From: an uncultured Acidimicrobiales bacterium
GTDB lineage: Bacteria > Actinomycetota > Acidimicrobiia > Acidimicrobiales > Hopanoidiivorantaceae
Reading direction: 5' to 3'
Assembly (NCBI GenBank): GCA_958295755.1
Contig: OY282367.1
Span: 655,087-719,086, forward strand
Length of the DNA stretch: 64,000 nt
The notes beneath the pieces were generated by a model. It made no database searches, was not told the DNA's origin, and saw only the letters and a program-made list of their open reading frames with translations. A program made the translations under genes and the position numbers. This document shows, piece after piece, positions 8,631-17,579 of this stretch (position 1 is the stretch's first letter; every line of letters begins with the position of its first letter).

Positions 8631-10529
8631 TCAAACAACCGTAACGTTTTTCATGTGCCAGCCCGTAGCACCATCGGGAGCGGGTGTCTGACGATCGCTG
8701 GTTTGCGTATAGCCAGTGCCATCAGTGGCGCGTACTTGAATTTGATATTCGCCGGGAGAAGCTTCCCAGTAGTACACCCATTGACGCCACGAGTTGGTTG
8801 AAAGCTCAGCACTGAGCTCGGCTTCAACCCACTGGTTGTCATCTATCTGCACTTCCACTTTTTGGATTGACTTGGTGGGTGCCCAGGCGACACCAGCTAT
8901 AGGCACGATGCCTGCCGGCACTTCTCCGTCGCTAGGTACATCTATCCGAGACTGCGTTTTGATGGGGCCTTCTTTCGCCCAACCCCTAGGCACCCAGTAG
9001 CTGTCGAACCCTTCCCATGTGGTGAGATTGATCTCACTCAGCCACTTGGTGGCCGAAACATAGCCATACAGCCCTGCAATCACTAGACGAGCGGGAAAAC
9101 CGTGCTTCACAGGCAGAGGTTCGCCGTTCATGGTCACGGCTATCATCGCCACTCTGCCGTCATAGACCATCTCGGTGGGGAAGCCACCAGCCCAGTTGTC
9201 AACGGAGCGACCTGATATCTGGTTTGCGCCAGGCTGAACGCCAGAGGCGTCAAGTACTTCACTGAGAGGCACGCCTTCCCACACAGCATTTCCTACGAGT
9301 CTGCCACCAACTCTGTTAGACACGCACGAAAGGGTCACGGGTTCTTGAATGAATGTGAAGCGTCCGTCCAGTAACTCATTGAAGGTGTAAGTCTGGGGGT
9401 TATCCACCATGCCTTGCACAGAGAGCGTCCAGTTTTCGGCTTCGATTGCAGGTTTTTGCAAGGCAGTATCAATGAGATAAAAATCTTCGTTCGGAGTAAG
9501 TAGGGGGCTCATGTTTTCTGCCACATTGTTGAGGTTCACCGGCAGAGTAGTGGTGGTTGGAGGAGAGGTAGTGGTGGCGGTTGTACCGGGTTGTGAAGTT
9601 CCAGAAGTTGCGGTGGTGGTGCTGGTATTGGTAGTAGTACTGGGAGGGGCAGTCGTGCCAAGAGTTGTAGAAGTGCTACGGGAACGAGCTTGTTCTAATG
9701 CTCCGCCTACAAGTTCGCCTTCACGAGAGGCTTCCACATTTACTCTGCGAGATAAAGCACCTCCCAAGATATTGGCAACACCTAGAGCAAGTGCCGACAC
9801 CCCTGCAGTCACCAAAAATCTGCGGCGAGTGTTGCCTGTATCGCCAGCTAAGGCGTCTGTAGCAAAGCCAGCATCGGCGGCTGGCATGGCTTTCTCATCA
9901 CCAGAATCACCGCTGAGAGATTTGGCATAGACAGGGAAATATTCAGTGAGAACGTAAAGTGTTGCGAAGCCAGCCAAAGCAGTCAAACCAGCTGAGACGC
10001 CAGATAGAACAGCTGAAGATCCGGGGCGGGCCGCTGCTGCGAGCCCTCCGATAATGCCAAAAACTGCAAAGGCTAAAGGTGCCAACCAGATGTGTCGCTG
10101 TCGCCAAACCTGCTTGATTTTTTGCCCGATTAGTAGCATCTGCTGTTTGAAGCCGCTGACTTCTTTTTTAGCGAGACTGTCGTCTGGTGAAGTTTGTGAG
10201 CGGCGAGAAAGCAGGCCGACCACAACTCCCGCTATAAGAGTGGTGAGGACAATCCCGACGATCAGGGCATTCTTGCGTCTTGCGGATGTTACGCTGTCAT
10301 CTTCTACTTCAAAAAGCTCTTTCGTCCACTCGTCAAACCACATCGGCATCAAAGAGCTGTCGACAACTTGGTCGCCTACAGCTACTACCAGCGAGGGCAC
10401 GCTCAGTGCGGCTGCTGCGAAAATCTCACTTACGGTAAGGGCGGTGCCTGCTGCAAGGAGTCCATAGATAGCATTTGACCACCAAACGGTTTTGCGGTGG
10501 GAGGTTGCGTTTGGCATATAACTATTCAT
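8631..10529 (-). CDS. membrane-anchored molybdopterin-dependent oxidoreductase (sulfite-oxidase fold)
   Basis: The N-terminal part has multiple TM segments, followed by a Thr/Ser/Pro-rich linker. The C-terminal part looks like a SUOX-type Moco-binding domain plus an Ig-like dimerisation domain (...KHGFPARLVIAGLYGYVSATKWL... and ...KVEVQIDDNQWVEAEL...). A GGAGG RBS sits 10 nt upstream of ATG 10529. Confidence 0.75.
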   Translation of the reverse strand: MNSYMPNATSHRKTVWWSNAIYGLLAAGTALTVSEIFAAAALSVPSLVVAVGDQVVDSSLMPMWFDEWTKELFEVEDDSVTSARRKNALIVGIVLTTLIAGVVVGLLSRRSQTSPDDSLAKKEVSGFKQQMLLIGQKIKQVWRQRHIWLAPLAFAVFGIIGGLAAAARPGSSAVLSGVSAGLTALAGFATLYVLTEYFPVYAKSLSGDSGDEKAMPAADAGFATDALAGDTGNTRRRFLVTAGVSALALGVANILGGALSRRVNVEASREGELVGGALEQARSRSTSTTLGTTAPPSTTTNTSTTTATSGTSQPGTTATTTSPPTTTTLPVNLNNVAENMSPLLTPNEDFYLIDTALQKPAIEAENWTLSVQGMVDNPQTYTFNELLDGRFTFIQEPVTLSCVSNRVGGRLVGNAVWEGVPLSEVLDASGVQPGANQISGRSVDNWAGGFPTEMVYDGRVAMIAVTMNGEPLPVKHGFPARLVIAGLYGYVSATKWLSEINLTTWEGFDSYWVPRGWAKEGPIKTQSRIDVPSDGEVPAGIVPIAGVAWAPTKSIQKVEVQIDDNQWVEAELSAELSTNSWRQWVYYWEASPGEYQIQVRATDGTGYTQTSDRQTPAPDGATGWHMKNVTVV

Positions 10530-10562
10530 TATGCTAGCCTCCTGCCAAAATATAAGCAGGAA

Positions 10563-11684
10563 ATGGCATCTTTAGAGAAATACGGTTGGGACGAAGATTG
10601 GTCTGAGCAGGTAACACTCGCCTGCCGTCACAACTCTCAGTTGCGCCATAGCCAGCCGGGACGGGTCGGAAGGGTGGATAGGGGAGCATGTGTGGTGCAT
10701 GTGGCGGATGGGCAAATCACAGCAGCATCGGATTCGCTACGCTCTCAGAGGGTTGTGGCACCCGCAACCGGCGACTGGGTGCTGGTGAATGAAGATGAAG
10801 AGTTGGGTTGGGTTGTGGATTTGGTATTGGAACGGCGAACCGCGATAGTGAGGCGCGATCCTTCGGTGGATGTGGTGGAACAGACCATAGTCGCGAATGT
10901 GGATGTGGTGGTGGTGGTGCACGGAATGGATCGCGATTTAGGTCCTGCTCAGATTGAACGCTTTTTGGTGTTGGCAGCCGACAGCGGAGCCAGGGCTGTG
11001 GTTGTGTTGCATAAAGCCGATCTATGTGATGAGCAGGGCCTTGTTGAAGCTAGTGGTGTGGCAGAGCAGTTGGCACCGGGTTTGCCTGTGATAGTGACCA
11101 GCGTGGCGGGGGAGGCGCACAGGGGACTGACAGAATTGCGCCAGCAAATCGGAAAGCAAGAGACGGGTGTGCTCATCGGAGTGTCAGGCGCAGGTAAGTC
11201 GAGCATCACGGCTGCCTTGTTGGGGGCTGGAGAGGTTTTATCAGAAATTGGGAGGTCTGATGGTGGGTCTGACGGTGGGGCTGACATCAGGATTGGATCC
11301 GTTGGCAAGCGCGGAGGTCGCCATGTTACTGTTGTGCGAGATCTTTATCAGCTACCTGAAGGGGGCGTGATAATTGACACCCCCGGGTTAAGAGCGGTTG
11401 GACTTTGGGCTGCTGACGCGGCTTTAGATGAAGTGTTCAGCGATATTGCAGGGTTAGCTGAGGGGTGTCGTTTCAGGGATTGCTCACATCGGATAGAACC
11501 TGGATGTGTTGTGGCAAAAGCGGTAGAGCAAGGTGAGCTTTCTGCTGATCGTTTGTTGCGTTATCAGCGTCTTTGGGAAGAGTTGGCACAGCAGAGCGAT
11601 GATCGAGAAGAACGCGAGCGGCGGCAAAGTCGGGGGCGGCATCGGGTTGTTACGACTAAGCGGGTGCGGCGTGGGAAGAGATGA
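10563..11684 (+). CDS. rsgA: ribosome small-subunit-dependent GTPase A
   Basis: The order of GTPase motifs is circularly permuted (..VLHKADL.. comes before GVSGAGKSS). The C-terminal zinc knuckle is CRFRDCSHRIEPGC. I chose the start at ATG 10563 (MASLEKYGW). The ORF-track start at 10497 would overlap the divergent gene. Confidence 0.8.
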   Translation: MASLEKYGWDEDWSEQVTLACRHNSQLRHSQPGRVGRVDRGACVVHVADGQITAASDSLRSQRVVAPATGDWVLVNEDEELGWVVDLVLERRTAIVRRDPSVDVVEQTIVANVDVVVVVHGMDRDLGPAQIERFLVLAADSGARAVVVLHKADLCDEQGLVEASGVAEQLAPGLPVIVTSVAGEAHRGLTELRQQIGKQETGVLIGVSGAGKSSITAALLGAGEVLSEIGRSDGGSDGGADIRIGSVGKRGGRHVTVVRDLYQLPEGGVIIDTPGLRAVGLWAADAALDEVFSDIAGLAEGCRFRDCSHRIEPGCVVAKAVEQGELSADRLLRYQRLWEELAQQSDDREERERRQSRGRHRVVTTKRVRRGKR

Positions 11685-11737
11685 TATTTTTGTTGGGAAT
11701 TGCTTTGTGTTGGCTGGCTAGAAAGGCAGGGGGGGTC

Positions 11738-12832
11738 TTAGGAGGTTATGGCGTCAACTAGCCCCCACTCTAGGGCTGTTGGGGGAGACAGGCGGCGGTT
11801 AGTTAGAGATAGCCAAGCTGTGCGGTGGCGGCCTATGCGGTGGGGGAGGCTGACTGTGCCGCCTGCGCCGGGGACTAGGCCAAAGCGCACTTCTGGAAGC
11901 CAGAAAAAGGCATCTGGAGTTGAGGTTATATTGTTTGTGAAGGCTGGAAGTTCTATGCCAGCTCCTACGCAGGCTCCGTGTACATCTACGCGAATGTGAT
12001 CGCGCAGCAGGTGCATCTCCCAAGCGGCACTTCGTAGCGACCGCACTATGTGGGCTGTGGCAGAGTCGGGAGTTGTGCCGAACTCCGTGAGGTCGCCGCC
12101 TGAGCAGAAAGCTTCGCCCGCGCCCTTGAGAACGATGTCACCTGGAACGATGCCACCTGGAACGATGTCACCTGGGTAGATGGCGCGCAAGATCTCCACT
12201 ATGGTGTCGCGCATCTCTGCGTTAAAGGCGTTGCGCCTCTCAGGGCGGTTTAATGTGAGGTATAAAGTGTCGCCAGTATCTTCTACTAGCACGGCGGGTG
12301 TGTCGGCGGCAGGCGATGCTGCTTCTTGCTTTTGCGCTCTTTGGGTTTGTAGCCAACTCTGGAAAACATTTCCACCTTGCAGCATGGAATAAACCCAAGA
12401 TTCAGCCATTAGTGCATCACGCACGCTCATAGTCTCACCTGCCCGCAAGAGCTGCGCGAGCGACACGGAGGCCTGAGGTGAAGCAAGCACTGTTTCTGTT
12501 ATGTCTTCTAGGTCTCCAGTGGCATTGTCGGTGATGATATCGAAGCAGAAGATGTCGCCAAAACCATCGGGATCATCTACAAGATCAGCTGCTATCTTGT
12601 CAGCGTCTTCTGTCAACAAGACAGTCACAGCAGGCAAAGCTCGCAGTGAGGTAGCTAAGTCTTGTCGCTTGCTACGGTTGCCGCCTGCTAGGTCAGTTTT
12701 GTGGTTTCTCGATCCGAGTTTCTCGGGTAGTTCAACCACCAAAAGGGGTTCGTCCAACTCTTCGTGAGCATGGGGGTTTGCTAGAAAATCTTGCAGTTCT
12801 TCAAAAGAAGTGAGCAATGTGGGAGAAGTCAT
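11738..12832 (-). CDS. enoyl-CoA hydratase/isomerase (crotonase) family protein with ~170-aa N-terminal extension
   Basis: The C-terminal half (...LYLTLNRPERRNAFN...VLKGAGEAFCSGGDLTEFG...) is a crotonase fold. I do not recognise the N-terminal part. Confidence 0.75.
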   Translation of the reverse strand: MTSPTLLTSFEELQDFLANPHAHEELDEPLLVVELPEKLGSRNHKTDLAGGNRSKRQDLATSLRALPAVTVLLTEDADKIAADLVDDPDGFGDIFCFDIITDNATGDLEDITETVLASPQASVSLAQLLRAGETMSVRDALMAESWVYSMLQGGNVFQSWLQTQRAQKQEAASPAADTPAVLVEDTGDTLYLTLNRPERRNAFNAEMRDTIVEILRAIYPGDIVPGGIVPGDIVLKGAGEAFCSGGDLTEFGTTPDSATAHIVRSLRSAAWEMHLLRDHIRVDVHGACVGAGIELPAFTNNITSTPDAFFWLPEVRFGLVPGAGGTVSLPHRIGRHRTAWLSLTNRRLSPPTALEWGLVDAITS

Positions 12833-12915
12833 TACGGCGAGTTAGCCAAGATACCCACTGTTAGCCCATGATCTTCGTTCTTTAGGGTTTCTGGATCGTA
12901 CTAGTTTGATATAGA

Positions 12916-14394
12916 TTATTGAAGTTCGGATCGTAACTCTTTGCGCAAGAGTTTGCCTGTGGGGTTGTAGGGAAGTTCATTTCTAAAAAATACGAAGTCG
13001 GGCGTTTTTTGCGATCGAAGCTGTGAGCGTATATATTCAACAAGTTCGCTCTCAGTAGCTGTTGCTCCTTCTCGCAGCACCACTACGGCTGCAATTTTCT
13101 CGCCCCACTCCGTATCAGGCACGCCAACTACACCAGCATCAGACACGGCACTATGTTCAAGCAGGGCATCTTCTATTTCGCCGGGTGAGATATTTTCGCC
13201 GCCACGGATGATCACATCGTCTAGGCGCCCTTCAATGTAGAGGTAGCCGTCTAGATCAAAGTGGCCTCCATCGTTGGTGCGAAACCAGCCGTCGGATGTC
13301 AGCTGGCTCTTGCGACCTTTGTATTCGCCAGAGACTTGATCGCCTCGTAGCCAGATTTCGCCACTTGTGCCAGCAGTTACTTCTTTGCCGTGGTCGTCTC
13401 GGATGGAGACTTCCATAGTCGGCAGAGGAATGCCGGCGGAGCCGAGGCGGGCACGGATGCGTGGATTGTCGCTGGCTATCGCTTCGCGATGCTCATCAGG
13501 GCCGAGCACGGCGACTGTGGAGCTTGTCTCGGTGAGGCCGTAGGCATTGACGAAGTTGGTGTTAGGTAACAACTCTAAGATTTTCTCCACCACAGAGCGA
13601 GAAGTCTTGCCGCCGCCGTATGCGACCGAAGTGAGGCTCGGTAGCTCGTCTCGTCGTGTTTCCAATCGATCGGCGATGCGGGCGAGCATGGTTGGCACGA
13701 CCATAGCGTGGGTGACATTTTCTTGAGCCACCAGATCTATCCAAGCATCGGCATCAAAGTTGGGGAGCTGCACGATACGCCGCCCGGCATAGACAGAACT
13801 GAGAAGATTAGCCATAGCTGCGATGTGATAGGGAGGCACAGAAGTGAGGACTGACTCTTCAGGGCCAGCACTCATGAACTCCACACTGCCGAGCACATAA
13901 GAAACGAGATTGCGGTGGCGTAGCACAGCTACTTTGGGGCCGCCTGTGGTGCCAGAGGTGAAAAGCAGAATGGCTATGTCTTCAGGGTCGGAAGGCCAAT
14001 CATCTTCGGTGGCACTCAAAGGTTTGACCGCAAGCAGATGGTCGCAGTTGGTGCGATATTTGGGATCTATGTTCTCGTGATAATCAGCTCCGCAAAATAC
14101 TATAGCCGGCGAAATTTTTGCTACGAGATTGGCGAGATCGGAAGATGAGAGACGGTAGTTGAGAGGGGCGAAAGGCTTGCCAGCCCATGCCGAGCCAAAA
14201 AGGGCAATAGGTAGAGCAGGCGATGCTACATCTAACAGGCTTATATTCTCGACTTCGGCTTGGCGCATTTGAACTGCGGCGGAAGCGGAGAGATCGTAAA
14301 GGTCTTGGTATGTAAAGTGCTTGTCGCTATTGGTTAGGGCTACCCGATCGGGGAAGCAGTTCTTCGCCATGTCTAATAAGGTGACGATGTTCAT
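12916..14394 (-). CDS. AMP-dependent acyl-CoA synthetase/ligase
   Basis: The AMP-binding motifs LLFTSGTTGGPK, YGLTE and TNDGG are present. The length of 492 aa fits the family. Confidence 0.85.
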   Translation of the reverse strand: MNIVTLLDMAKNCFPDRVALTNSDKHFTYQDLYDLSASAAVQMRQAEVENISLLDVASPALPIALFGSAWAGKPFAPLNYRLSSSDLANLVAKISPAIVFCGADYHENIDPKYRTNCDHLLAVKPLSATEDDWPSDPEDIAILLFTSGTTGGPKVAVLRHRNLVSYVLGSVEFMSAGPEESVLTSVPPYHIAAMANLLSSVYAGRRIVQLPNFDADAWIDLVAQENVTHAMVVPTMLARIADRLETRRDELPSLTSVAYGGGKTSRSVVEKILELLPNTNFVNAYGLTETSSTVAVLGPDEHREAIASDNPRIRARLGSAGIPLPTMEVSIRDDHGKEVTAGTSGEIWLRGDQVSGEYKGRKSQLTSDGWFRTNDGGHFDLDGYLYIEGRLDDVIIRGGENISPGEIEDALLEHSAVSDAGVVGVPDTEWGEKIAAVVVLREGATATESELVEYIRSQLRSQKTPDFVFFRNELPYNPTGKLLRKELRSELQ

Positions 14395-14404
14395 GAGATG
14401 TTGC

Positions 14405-14707
14405 TCAGTCCGAAGCTGGTAGGGGTTTGGCTTCTTTAACAGAAAGAGGAGTATCTCCGATGCCTAGGCTACCGTCGCCTGACTTAGTGCAGAGGACTTC
14501 CAGTGTCTCGTCTTCATTTATATAACGCTTGCCTAGCTGAGTGCCTTCACTGGCTTCGGGAGCAAGGGCGGTCTCTACTTCTTCGCCCGGGATTCCCATC
14601 GGTGCGCCACCACAAGTGATAACGGTTGCGTCAGCGGGTGCCTTTACGATGATAATTTCGGTTGAGCAAGTGCCGCTCTTTAATCTGGTACCTGGTGATA
14701 ATTGCAT
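14405..14707 (-). CDS. small conserved-looking hypothetical protein (100 aa)
   Basis: A GGAGG RBS lies 7 nt upstream of the ATG. The gene sits 10 nt from the acyl-CoA synthetase start. I recognise no family. There is a weak internal two-fold repeat. Confidence 0.5.
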   Translation of the reverse strand: MQLSPGTRLKSGTCSTEIIIVKAPADATVITCGGAPMGIPGEEVETALAPEASEGTQLGKRYINEDETLEVLCTKSGDGSLGIGDTPLSVKEAKPLPASD

Positions 14708-14742
14708 CTGAACCTCCGTTATGTCAATTTTAGTTTGCCATT

Positions 14743-16032
14743 ATGCCGATGAGATGTGGGCGGTTTTGGATGATAGGCCGCAAAATAAGAGTAGCGACTA
14801 TGAACGAAAAAGCGATAGGTTACTTCTCTTGGGCACGATGGACGGCCACGATTGAGCTGCTTTGTCATCTTGGTGAGATGTGCGGAGAGGAGACATTTGG
14901 CACATTCAAAAGGCGGATTGGTTGCGAAGAGGTGGGGCACCCAGACGCTGGGATAGTAACAGAGCTGGAGAGATCGGGTTTGTTGGTTGAGAGAGCAGCA
15001 CTGGCAGGAGTGTCGGCAGATGAGCTATGGCACAGGCGTTCGCCTATCTCTTTGGGTGGGGCTTGTCGGATGATGTTTACAGCAGACGGAGTGGTGGCTG
15101 TGAATCTGCCCCGCGAGGATGACTGGCAACTACTGCCTGCTTTCTTTGGAATGTCGGGTCGCATAATAGGACAATTTATAGCGGATACTGAACCGACATG
15201 GGAGAAGGTTGAAGAAGCAATATCTCAGCTACCAACCGTACAGGTAGTCTCAGCTGCTGGAGAGCTCGGAATGGCTATAGCTGAAGTGGGAAGCTACCAA
15301 GGTGCCAACTCTGCTACCAACTCCATTGCTTCTCTATCCCAAGACCATTTGGCTCCTTGCTCTCATTCCCACCGCCCGCTATCTGAAGCAAAAGTTGTTG
15401 ACCTGTCGGCAATGTGGGCGGGGCCGCTCTGTGGCGATCTATTGGCACGAGCAGGAGCACAAGTTGTGAAAGTGGAAAGCCTTAGCCGCCCTGATGGAGC
15501 TAAGAGGGGGATGCCAGAATTCTACGAAAGGCTGAACATTCAAAAACAACATCTCAGCATCAGACTTGAAACTTCAGAGGGGTTGGGGAAATTGCAAGAG
15601 CTGTTGCAGGAAGCCCACATCGTGATCACTTCATGTCGCCCTAGGGCTTTAGAGCAGATGGGCATTGATCTGCATCGTTTGGTAAGCGAAAATGGTGTCA
15701 TCTGCGCGGCAATCACAGGCTACGGTTGGGAGCAAGGCCACAGAGTTGCCTTCGGCGATGATGCCGCCGCAGCTGGTGGATTAGTTGCCTTTGGTGATGC
15801 AGATGTGGCTTCGCACGGCTCAGAGAGTGTGCACGGCTCAGAGAGTGCAAGTGTGCCAAAAGGTGAAGCAACAGATCTTCTGCCGTGCTTCGTAGGCGAT
15901 GCCTTGGCCGACCCTCTCACAGGCGTTGTGGCTACTGTTGCTGTGATGAAACAGTGGTTGAGCACAAGTTCAGCATTTCTGGATCTTTCCATGGCAGGTT
16001 CGGCTACCTACTTTTGTGAGGGTGGTTCGTGA
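14743..16032 (+). CDS. family III (CaiB/BaiF) CoA-transferase, atypical domain order
   Basis: The Rossmann signature VVDLSAMWAGPLCGDLLARAGAQVVKVES starts only at about residue 213, and the putative catalytic Asp region is AFGDDAAAAGGL. The N-terminal 210 aa resemble the small-domain/C-terminal part of the family. The start codon is uncertain. Confidence 0.7.
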   Translation: MPMRCGRFWMIGRKIRVATMNEKAIGYFSWARWTATIELLCHLGEMCGEETFGTFKRRIGCEEVGHPDAGIVTELERSGLLVERAALAGVSADELWHRRSPISLGGACRMMFTADGVVAVNLPREDDWQLLPAFFGMSGRIIGQFIADTEPTWEKVEEAISQLPTVQVVSAAGELGMAIAEVGSYQGANSATNSIASLSQDHLAPCSHSHRPLSEAKVVDLSAMWAGPLCGDLLARAGAQVVKVESLSRPDGAKRGMPEFYERLNIQKQHLSIRLETSEGLGKLQELLQEAHIVITSCRPRALEQMGIDLHRLVSENGVICAAITGYGWEQGHRVAFGDDAAAAGGLVAFGDADVASHGSESVHGSESASVPKGEATDLLPCFVGDALADPLTGVVATVAVMKQWLSTSSAFLDLSMAGSATYFCEGGS

Positions 16033-17579
16033 GCATTCTCATCGTCAATGCCGAACTAGCCACAAATCAGCTACGAGATGTGCTGTTAGAAGGTGGGCGG
16101 GTGGCTTGGATGTCTTCTCCTAGGGATGCCTTGTCTTCCGATTTGTCGTTTCTCCTGGATGCAGCGTCTGACCAAAGAATTTCATCTGATGCGACAGTCA
16201 TTGATGCCAAAGGCGGTGCTCTACTGCCTGGGCTTCATGACCATCATATTCATTTGCTTTCTCTTGCTGAGTCACTGAGGTCTGTGCCGGTTGGTCCACA
16301 AGAGGTTGCAGATGTCGGGGAGCTGCATCTGAAACTCAGATCTGCTGGGGGTAAAGGTTGGATTCGTGCTGTGGGTTATCACGAGTCGGTTGCCGGTAAT
16401 CTTACGAAAGACGAATTAGATGAAATCGTTCGTAATCGCCCTTTGCGCATCCAGCACACAAGCGGGGCTATGTGGATGCTCAACACCTTGGGAATGAAGT
16501 TGCTAAGGGTATCTGAGGTCACGCCAGGTGCTGAGGTTGATGCTTCGGGGAAGGCAACTGGTCGTCTCTTTCGTAACGATGCGATACTGCGAAGGGGGTC
16601 ACTCGACAACTTGTCAGAAGCGTCGGGTTCCTCAACCGATTTACAGAGAACGAAAGAGTTAGACGAAGTTGGCAACATGCTTGCCAGTTTTGGCGTAACA
16701 GGAGTGACAGATGCTACGCCCGGCTATGGAGATGTCGAGGTTGGTTTCTTCAGAAATATGTCTAATGCGGGAGCGATCCCTCAGAGATTAACACTGATGC
16801 CATCAGTCGAAACATCATTTGAAATAACACTTGAAACATCAATCGCGAGATCAGTATCAGGCGGGAAGCCCAAACATCGTGTCTCCTTTGGGCCTCACAA
16901 AATCATTCTTTCCGATCATTTACTACCTGATTTTTCTAAACTGGCTGATGAAGTCAGAGCTGCACACAAAGCAGGTCGCTCAGTAGCGGTACATTCGGTT
17001 ACTCGAGCTTCTCTGGCTCTGTTGGTTGCTGTGCTAAACGAAGTAGGCAGCTTAGATGGCGACAGGGTAGAACATGCCAGCGTTGCTCCACCCAAGCTTG
17101 TAGCAGAGCTTCGGCGACACAAACTGCGAGTAGTCGTGCAGCCAAATTTCATTGCAGAACGAGGCGACCGCTACCTGAACGAAGTGGAGAGCGAAGATCT
17201 GCCTTGGCTATATCGCTGCCAAGGATTTCTGGATGCGGGGTTGCGAGTTGCTGGAGGCACTGATGCACCTTTCGGGCGACCTAATCCGTGGCTTGCGATA
17301 TGGGCCGCTGTCAAGCGAGAAACCCAGCCGGGTGGTGAAGTGATCGCTCGGCAGGAAAGAGTTACTGCCGACCAAGCTAGAGATTTATTTCTCAGTCCGC
17401 CTGATGATCCTGGCGGCAAGCCTCGTTATGTGCACGAAGGCATGGTAGCCGATCTCTGCTTGCTGCACGAGCCTTGGGAAGAGGTGGCTCGCTCAATGCC
17501 CGAAAACCCTGTGAGAGACACCTGGGTCGGTGGGCGATTTGTGGAGCTGGGGGGAATCGAACCCCCGTCCGTCAAGTGA
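16029..17579 (+). CDS. metal-dependent amidohydrolase (Amidohydro_3-like)
   Basis: It has the metal-binding motif GLHDHHIHL and a C-terminal ...AGGTDAPF.... A GTGA overlap links it to the upstream gene. The last 12 codons run antisense into the tmRNA 3' end. Confidence 0.8.
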   Translation: MSILIVNAELATNQLRDVLLEGGRVAWMSSPRDALSSDLSFLLDAASDQRISSDATVIDAKGGALLPGLHDHHIHLLSLAESLRSVPVGPQEVADVGELHLKLRSAGGKGWIRAVGYHESVAGNLTKDELDEIVRNRPLRIQHTSGAMWMLNTLGMKLLRVSEVTPGAEVDASGKATGRLFRNDAILRRGSLDNLSEASGSSTDLQRTKELDEVGNMLASFGVTGVTDATPGYGDVEVGFFRNMSNAGAIPQRLTLMPSVETSFEITLETSIARSVSGGKPKHRVSFGPHKIILSDHLLPDFSKLADEVRAAHKAGRSVAVHSVTRASLALLVAVLNEVGSLDGDRVEHASVAPPKLVAELRRHKLRVVVQPNFIAERGDRYLNEVESEDLPWLYRCQGFLDAGLRVAGGTDAPFGRPNPWLAIWAAVKRETQPGGEVIARQERVTADQARDLFLSPPDDPGGKPRYVHEGMVADLCLLHEPWEEVARSMPENPVRDTWVGGRFVELGGIEPPSVK

